A model generated the notes under the pieces. That model did no database searches and had not been told where the DNA came from. It saw nothing but the letters and a program-made list of their open reading frames with translations. A stretch of 64,000 bases of DNA from a virus, in the IMG/VR virus record IMGVR_UViG_3300023179_008562, positions 1-64,000 of that record. One strand, 5' to 3'. Positions within the stretch are counted from its first letter, which is position 1. Each line of letters opens with the position of its first letter. The position numbers and the translations under genes are program-made. This document shows positions 57,920 to 64,000 of this stretch, piece after piece.

Positions 57920-59238
57920 AATTAGAGAAATCAGAAATTGCTTTTCACAAAAAGCCACCAACACTTTGTATGGCCCCCTGGGCACACACCTATCTGAGTC
58001 CGCAGACTGAGAGAAGAATGTGCTGTGCTAGTCGTGAGCCGGCACAAAACTTTCAACAGTATATTGATACTCGGGCCGGCACAGGCAAGTACATTCCCAT
58101 CACACTAGAGCAGCATTGGAATAGCGAGCACATGAAGTCGGTGCGCCGGCGTATGATGGCAGGAGAAACATTGCCTGAGTGCGAAGTCTGCAATAATAAG
58201 CTACTAAATACCGACGTATACCGCAGCTATTTTAATCAGTTGTTCGGACATAAGTACAATAGCATATGGGAAACCACAGATGAATCGGGGTATACTACCA
58301 TGCAACCTGTCAGCTGGGATTATCGTTTCAGTAATCTCTGCAACTTCAAATGCCGTACGTGCGGCGACATGTTGAGCAGTGCCTGGGAAACCGAACAACG
58401 GCAGCACAACATGATCAACTGGCATGACTCCAAGAATAATTGGCAGCGTCCAGAAATAAAAAAACAAATCGAATATTTTCAAGAAACACAGATTGAACAA
58501 GAGTTCGCTCAAGCAGTCGAGAACCATCAAGTTGAGGAGGTATATTGGGTAGGCGGTGAGCCTCTGATGTACGAACAGCACTGGCGTTATATGCGGCGCA
58601 TTGTTGAACTGGGAGATGGTAAAAATGTTTACGCTAGATACAACACAAACCTTAGTCGCATCAATTATCGCGGCATCAATCTCTATAGCGATATTTTGGC
58701 TGGGCTACGCGACTGGCAAATATGTGCAAGCATCGATGGTACGGGCCGAGTTGGAGAGTATATACGAACAGGTCTCGATTATGCAACGTGGCTTGAAAAC
58801 TTTAAGGCTGGTGTTCGAGTCGCTACGCATCGTCGTCAGATGAGAATTGATTTCACACTTACCCTGCCGGGTATGTTTGAAATAGCGAATATTCAAAAGT
58901 TAGCAGATGAACTGGGGGTGGATATCCTGGCCAAAGTGGTGTTTAGCTTCGGTCCGGATATCCTGCTTTCACCTCTGGCTTTACCTCGAGACATATTACA
59001 TACTTGGATAGATGAATTGCTACCAGAGACTCAGGGAGCATTGCGGGATATATTGGTACAACTCAAAACTCGACCCACCTTCGCCGAGCAATGGCCCAAC
59101 GAGTATACTGCGGGATTATGCGAAGGTAAAGCCAGAATTTTAAAATTGGAATCTATTCGCAAGGATACATATACATTAGCAGATATTCTTAGTCAGAGGC
59201 CCCAAGTTCATGAGTGGTACAAATCCATCGACAGTTAA
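57916..59238 (+). CDS. Radical SAM protein with N-terminal twitch-like domain
   Basis: LCMAPW..RMCC..CEVC; CNFKCRTC; VGGEPL; YNTNLS. Confidence 0.9.
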   Translation: MKLEKSEIAFHKKPPTLCMAPWAHTYLSPQTERRMCCASREPAQNFQQYIDTRAGTGKYIPITLEQHWNSEHMKSVRRRMMAGETLPECEVCNNKLLNTDVYRSYFNQLFGHKYNSIWETTDESGYTTMQPVSWDYRFSNLCNFKCRTCGDMLSSAWETEQRQHNMINWHDSKNNWQRPEIKKQIEYFQETQIEQEFAQAVENHQVEEVYWVGGEPLMYEQHWRYMRRIVELGDGKNVYARYNTNLSRINYRGINLYSDILAGLRDWQICASIDGTGRVGEYIRTGLDYATWLENFKAGVRVATHRRQMRIDFTLTLPGMFEIANIQKLADELGVDILAKVVFSFGPDILLSPLALPRDILHTWIDELLPETQGALRDILVQLKTRPTFAEQWPNEYTAGLCEGKARILKLESIRKDTYTLADILSQRPQVHEWYKSIDS

Positions 59239-60361
59239 AGTCACTTTAAGAAATCCCGTCAATAAGTCAGAGACCTGGGATTACTGGATCATTCCAGACC
59301 ACCATCAACTGGCCCAGGATTGGGTAGTTGCACTTAGAGAATTGTTAAAGTCTGGCAGACCATTGGAAAAAAATTATTGTTTTATGGGATTTCCAGACAC
59401 TGCTAGAAATTTAGAATATTTGTGTAACGAGCTCAATCGACACATTAAAACCATCAATCTTTTTAATCGAACAAAGGTCTGGCAAAATGCAGGGTTAGAA
59501 TCATATGTCATTGAGGATTACTTTACTCCTGATGTTGTGAGATTTGGTAGTGACTATTCCGTTGGCTGGGACGATGAAAACCTGGGGCTCAGTGTCAAAC
59601 ACGAAGTAATGAACCGTCTGCATAATCATTTTGAAGTATTGCAGGGAGTTGCCTGGGACCTCAGCAGCTATTATAAATTAGCGGATTATGATACCAAATA
59701 CGCCATCAGGCAATTAAACAATATTTGTCATGAAATTGAAACTCTGATTCTGAGTCAGCGTAAACGGGCAGTTTTACCAGACTGGGTGCGCCCCAGTCAG
59801 ATTACCACATTCCTGCAAGCCCAACGATATGAATTAACGCCCGAGCACAGACAGTTATTTTTGACCAATGGTTATGATCGAGAATTTGGTAGAGTCTACA
59901 TGCATTGGACACAGATTGGAAAAACTCTGTTTGAAGTCTTTCGTGACGAACATGCTCCCAGACTGACTGACACAATTTGTGAAGCCATCACTGAGCTCAA
60001 ATACTACAGTGGCGAATTTGACATTGAGTGGGGCAATAATGTCACCTATGGTCGGGGATTCAAATGGCACGATCAGGAACAGGATCAGTTCCGCCAATGG
60101 TTGATAGATAACGGTCGTGACCCTGGGGATACCAATCTGAGTCTGGGATATTTGCCTATTGGGCAAGTTGATCTAATTAAAAGTTTTAATACCCAAAACC
60201 CGATTAAAATCAGAGAAATTTTGGGGAAGTATTTGGACATATATCAGATACAAATTGACGATGTCATTGGGGTCTATGATAATTGTTGGTCGGATGATGA
60301 CCACCAACAGCAGCAAATTAATGCAATGATGGCTGGTTATGATTTTAGTAGCCGGGGGTGA
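59210..60361 (+). CDS. Hypothetical protein (383 aa)
   Basis: Long ORF coupled to both neighbours; conserved-looking LHNHFE, LNNICHEIE, HWTQIGK motifs; no family recognised. Confidence 0.7.
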   Translation: MSGTNPSTVKVTLRNPVNKSETWDYWIIPDHHQLAQDWVVALRELLKSGRPLEKNYCFMGFPDTARNLEYLCNELNRHIKTINLFNRTKVWQNAGLESYVIEDYFTPDVVRFGSDYSVGWDDENLGLSVKHEVMNRLHNHFEVLQGVAWDLSSYYKLADYDTKYAIRQLNNICHEIETLILSQRKRAVLPDWVRPSQITTFLQAQRYELTPEHRQLFLTNGYDREFGRVYMHWTQIGKTLFEVFRDEHAPRLTDTICEAITELKYYSGEFDIEWGNNVTYGRGFKWHDQEQDQFRQWLIDNGRDPGDTNLSLGYLPIGQVDLIKSFNTQNPIKIREILGKYLDIYQIQIDDVIGVYDNCWSDDDHQQQQINAMMAGYDFSSRG

Positions 60362-61160
60362 CAGCCTAATTTTTGGGTCGGAGTTATCTGATCAGATTAA
60401 TCAAACACCTAGTGAAAAGACGTTTTCTGCTCAACTAGCTAGACTTGCTGGTCTGGAATATGTATCAACTGCCTTTCCTGGTAATGCTAACTCGGCTATT
60501 TCCAGAACAACTCTAAGAAAATGTCAGGACCTACAACGTCAGGGAAAGAAATTTGCTGTACTAATAATGTGGAGTTTTGTTTCCAGATTTGAATTTAGAT
60601 TTAATTATCAGACACATCAACGAAATAGTCCCTGGTATAGCATAAATCCCTGGACCATTGAATCAGACTTAAAGAAAATTTCTGACAATTATTTTACTCC
60701 CAATTCTGATATTGAACAACGACAACTCAACAATATATTAACTGCCAGAACCACTGGAGTCGCAGATTTTGCATCAGTATTTTACAAACATGTAGGCAAC
60801 AGTGAATATTATGAAATGTATTCCAGTTTTAGAGAATTTATTTTCATGCAAGATTATCTAAAATTAAATGGGATCCCCTATATTTTCCTGACAGCTGGTA
60901 ATACATTTTATCAACATGAAAATTATATTAGGAGTCAGGATCACTGGCTATCTGATTTATATCAACTGATTGACTGGGACCAATGGTTTTTCTTTCCTGC
61001 AACATCGGTCAGTTTGACCCAGGAACCCAAAGGATTTTTTCACTGGGCGACAGAAAATAAATACCCAATGGGCACTACACACCCGCTCGAGGCAGCACAC
61101 GATGATGCTGCTAATTTGATTAGGGAAAAATTCAATGAATTGGTTACGAAAAATTTATGA
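60339..61160 (+). CDS. SGNH/GDSL-like hydrolase or acyltransferase
   Basis: GGDSLIFG, PGNANSAI, MWS, C-terminal THPLEAAH. Confidence 0.65.
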   Translation: MILVAGGDSLIFGSELSDQINQTPSEKTFSAQLARLAGLEYVSTAFPGNANSAISRTTLRKCQDLQRQGKKFAVLIMWSFVSRFEFRFNYQTHQRNSPWYSINPWTIESDLKKISDNYFTPNSDIEQRQLNNILTARTTGVADFASVFYKHVGNSEYYEMYSSFREFIFMQDYLKLNGIPYIFLTAGNTFYQHENYIRSQDHWLSDLYQLIDWDQWFFFPATSVSLTQEPKGFFHWATENKYPMGTTHPLEAAHDDAANLIREKFNELVTKNL

Positions 61161-61236
61161 TCGTATTGTTTTAGAAATTACCTACCGTAAGAGACTCCGA
61201 GAGTTGCGTAAACGTGATCCATTCATCTACAAATGA
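61135..61236 (+). CDS. 33-aa peptide MNWLRKIYDRIVLEITYRKRLRELRKRDPFIYK (not in the ORF track)
   Basis: AGGG SD; ATG at 61135; TGA overlaps the next ATG (ATGA); fills the gap between two SGNH-like genes exactly. Confidence 0.72.
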   Translation: MNWLRKIYDRIVLEITYRKRLRELRKRDPFIYK

Positions 61237-61784
61237 TATTGGTCAACGGCTGTAGTTTTACATCGGGCGAAGAATCTCCCATTGCTTGGCCTCGCCTGCT
61301 AGATTTCGATGTAGTCAACATTGCGACTGCTGGTGCCAGCAATGATTATATTTTAAGAAGTACGGTGGATTTTGTGGATAACCATCGAGTGGACAGGGTC
61401 ATTATTGCCTGGACCAGCCCCCATAGAATAGAAATTTCAAATAAACATTTGACTTCAGGTAGTTTTAGAAAATACGGAAAAATTGTTGAAGAAGTTTTCA
61501 AAGATTGGGATGAACAATGGGCATACTTAAAATTTTTAACGCAGATTAAATTACTTGATAACTATCTTAAGGACATACCACATGTCTTTGTCAGTGCATT
61601 TGATATACAGAAATATGCTTCTGGTGTTGGGTTAGATTGTTATTTGGGCTGGCCCAAGCAAGGTTTGGTGGAGTGGATGGGAGATTGTAGTTTGGGCCCT
61701 GGCGGGCACCCATTGGAAGTTGGACATCAATTAATAGCAGATCGAATCAATGAACATATTAGGAATCTCGGCTGGATTTCATGA
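61233..61784 (+). CDS. SGNH/GDSL-like hydrolase or acyltransferase
   Basis: NGCSFTSG, AGASNDYI, AWTS, GGHPLEVGH. Confidence 0.65.
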   Translation: MILVNGCSFTSGEESPIAWPRLLDFDVVNIATAGASNDYILRSTVDFVDNHRVDRVIIAWTSPHRIEISNKHLTSGSFRKYGKIVEEVFKDWDEQWAYLKFLTQIKLLDNYLKDIPHVFVSAFDIQKYASGVGLDCYLGWPKQGLVEWMGDCSLGPGGHPLEVGHQLIADRINEHIRNLGWIS

Positions 61785-63222
61785 CGCAGGTGCTACAGTA
61801 GTTGATGGTAGCACCGGTGACATCCTATTTGCGGCACACAGTGAAAGATACAGCAAGCAAAAAAACGATGCCGACCTCTGTCAGGGCATAGCAGAAGCTG
61901 CGTTGGCACATGGGCCCATTGGCACAATTGCCTATTATGAAACTCCCTGGCTGAAGCAACTGCGACAGCTATACAGCGGTCAGGGCATCGAATGGGATAA
62001 ACTAAATACCAAAAAAATCATAACAGACCAGTTGGGATTCAAAATCTCAGTCCCTGTCAGGACTTATCAGCATCATCTGAGTCATGCCGCTGCGGGATTT
62101 CAGACCAGCCCATTCGATCGGGCCACCGTGGTGGTGATTGATGCCATCGGTGAATGGGACACCATAACCATCTGGGCCGCAGAATACGTCAATGGTCAGG
62201 CCCAATATAACAAACTCTGGGGTCAGAAATATCCACACAGTCTGGGGCTGTTTTATTCAGCCATGACTCAACGTGCAGGGTTGCGGCCATTGGATGAAGA
62301 ATACATTCTCATGGGTATGGCAGCTTATGGCACTGCTGATCCTAGCATGCTAGCGGATTTCGTTCAGAATTTGGACACTCTGGAGTTTCGACGGAATCTC
62401 CATGCGGGTGCTGATGATTATCGTCCAGACATGAGTGATTTTGATATCGCGGCCAGTGCCCAGCAGACTCTGGAAACTTGTCTGGCCAGTGTGATGACAC
62501 GAGCCAGGGCATTCGGCTGGAGCACGAATTTGGTCTATATGGGTGGAGTCGCTTTAAATTGTTCAGCAAACGCCAGACTGGGACAATATTTCGACGACAT
62601 CTGGATCATGCCCAACCCTGGTGATTGCGGCAGCAGTCTGGGGGCCGCGGCTCTGGCTTATAGTGGTCGAATAAACTGGCAACATCCCTATCTGGGCACA
62701 GAAATTCCAGGACCATATCCTCTGGCTGGTCTGATGAATGAACTACTGACTCGTCAGATTGTGGGGGTGGCCAGTGGTCGAGCAGAGTTTGGTCCCAGGG
62801 CCCTGGGCAACCGTAGTCTGTTAGCAGATCCACGGGGTCCTGAAATTAAAGACCGAGTTAACGAAATCAAACGCAGACAAAAGTTCAGACCATTTGCCCC
62901 GGTGATTTTACAAGAGCACGCCAACGACTATTTTGAAATGCCAGTGGGCTTTGCCACCAGCCCATATATGCAGGTCATAGCCAAATGTCGGCATCCTGAA
63001 CAATTTCCTGCTATAATACATGTGGACGGCACCAGTCGAGTGCAGACCGTGTCTGAAAATTGTGGTAGCGGCATCAGACAATTGTTGGAATCCTGGTATG
63101 CACAGACTGGCTGTCCCATGTTGTTGAACACCAGTCTGAACATACGCGGAGAACCCATGGTCAACAATCGTGCAGATGCCGACAGGTTTGAACAGTTGTA
63201 TAATGTAAAGGTCATGTCATGA
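61750..63222 (+). CDS. Carbamoyltransferase (NodU/CmcH/TobZ family)
   Basis: GISAGFHDA, ERYS, HHLSHAA, DAIGE, MGMAAYG, GGVALNC, GDCGSSLG, EFGPRALGNRS, FRPFAP, HVDGTSRVQTV, LLNTSLN. Confidence 0.95.
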   Translation: MNILGISAGFHDAGATVVDGSTGDILFAAHSERYSKQKNDADLCQGIAEAALAHGPIGTIAYYETPWLKQLRQLYSGQGIEWDKLNTKKIITDQLGFKISVPVRTYQHHLSHAAAGFQTSPFDRATVVVIDAIGEWDTITIWAAEYVNGQAQYNKLWGQKYPHSLGLFYSAMTQRAGLRPLDEEYILMGMAAYGTADPSMLADFVQNLDTLEFRRNLHAGADDYRPDMSDFDIAASAQQTLETCLASVMTRARAFGWSTNLVYMGGVALNCSANARLGQYFDDIWIMPNPGDCGSSLGAAALAYSGRINWQHPYLGTEIPGPYPLAGLMNELLTRQIVGVASGRAEFGPRALGNRSLLADPRGPEIKDRVNEIKRRQKFRPFAPVILQEHANDYFEMPVGFATSPYMQVIAKCRHPEQFPAIIHVDGTSRVQTVSENCGSGIRQLLESWYAQTGCPMLLNTSLNIRGEPMVNNRADADRFEQLYNVKVMS

Positions 63223-63953
63223 AGAATCTTATTGTTGTTGGTGATAGTTTTTGTGCTAGCCGAAATGTAAACAATGATAACTTAAATCACCCCCCCTGCT
63301 GGCCAAATCTTTTGGCCCAGGAGTTAAAATTAAATTTATTGGGTGAAGGCATTGGTGGTGCTGGATGGTGGTCCACAAGACAATCGTTAAGAAAATTAAC
63401 ACCAGAACAGATCAATAACACTGAATGCATGGTTTTTTGTCATTCAGATGCCAATCGTTTATTAAATCACAACCTAAATCAAAATCATCTAGATAAACAT
63501 GATCCAAATCCTGCTAATGAAGAACATTTAGCAGTAAAGTTATACTACAAATATATTTTAGATATGGAATTTGCAAACTGGGCTCAATAGATGTGGCTTA
63601 GGGAAATTTCAGACATATATGGGCATTTAAAATTGATTCACTTGCATTGTTTTCCTTGGTCAGTAGAAAAATTAACAATTTCTCCCACTGAGGTTTCTGT
63701 TTCACCTGCACTTGCATCAGTATCTCTTAACGAATTTGAACTTGGGTTATTTGACAGCAAAAATACAATTGTTGAGAAATTAAGGCACGACACGAGGCAT
63801 AATCATCTGAGTGAATTTAATAATATTGAATTGGCCAGACAATTGGCTGAGATTATAAGAAATTACTCAGTAAAAAATTCAAGCCTTGATGTTGGTAAAT
63901 TTCAAACCAAATCTATTAAGTGGTTTGACATTGACTTTTGGGACATTAAATAA
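63219..63953 (+). pseudogene. SGNH-like gene interrupted by one in-frame TAG (63588-63590)
   Basis: The 63219-63590 and 63591-63953 ORFs are contiguous and in frame; GDSF motif is in the first half and RHNHLS (His block) in the second. Confidence 0.6.
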
Positions 63954-64000
63954 TGAAGAAGATATTAATCATGGGGTTGCCGGGCAGTGGCAAAACCACT
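63953..64000 (+). CDS. P-loop kinase, 5' fragment (adenylyl-sulfate/nucleotide kinase-like)
   Basis: MKKILIMGLPGSGKTT Walker A; TAATG overlap with the previous stop; truncated by the window end. Confidence 0.7.
   Translation, partial: MKKILIMGLPGSGKTT

Noticed and set aside
54765-58343. Identical 17-mer TTCAGTAATCTCTGCAA at 54765-54781 and 58327-58343
   Set aside because: It encodes the conserved FSNLCN of two radical SAM paralogs; protein constraint explains it, and it is not a CRISPR or mobile-element repeat.
1-64000. Genome-wide TAG reassignment (alternative genetic code)
   Set aside because: Very long ORFs, including 4389 aa, have no internal TAG, and TAG ends intact genes (99-101, 11532-11534, 13366-13368). 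Only one internal amber was seen.
1-64000. tRNA, rRNA or CRISPR arrays
   Set aside because: No cloverleaf with a T-loop consensus, no rRNA-like segment and no regularly spaced repeats were seen by eye; tRNAscan-SE and CRISPR finders would confirm.

Overview
This 64-kb window is part of a large T4-like (myovirus-type) bacteriophage genome in the standard genetic code. The left part (1-18 kb, mostly minus strand) carries head genes (portal, prohead core, protease, start of scaffold), a tape-measure-like gene, a divergent gp26-like tail chaperone/hub gene with a probable -1 frameshift, a ~420-nt highly structured non-coding element, an Hjc-type resolvase, an Hc1-like small protein, gp46/gp47, a gp55-like late sigma factor and a GIY-YIG/NUMOD3 homing endonuclease. 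AT-rich enzyme genes (2 radical SAM, SDR, SGNH-like, GT-like) are interleaved with these. The middle (18-48.4 kb, plus strand) is a baseplate/tail operon that includes a 4389-aa protein and several Ser/Thr-rich fibres. The right part (48.5-64 kb, plus strand) is a tightly coupled biosynthetic-like operon: 3 GT-A glycosyltransferase-like genes, 5 radical SAM paralogs with an N-terminal twitch-like domain, a GT10-like gene, 3 SGNH-like genes, an unannotated 33-aa peptide ending PFIYK, a NodU/CmcH carbamoyltransferase and a P-loop kinase. The most notable observations are (1) this phage-encoded modification system, (2) a homing endonuclease inserted in the first codons of the sigma gene that supplies a synonymously recoded replacement N-terminus with an ATT start, (3) the structured element at 7665-8083, and (4) the T TTT TTC frameshift. 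All product calls come from motif recognition by eye; no database searches were run.
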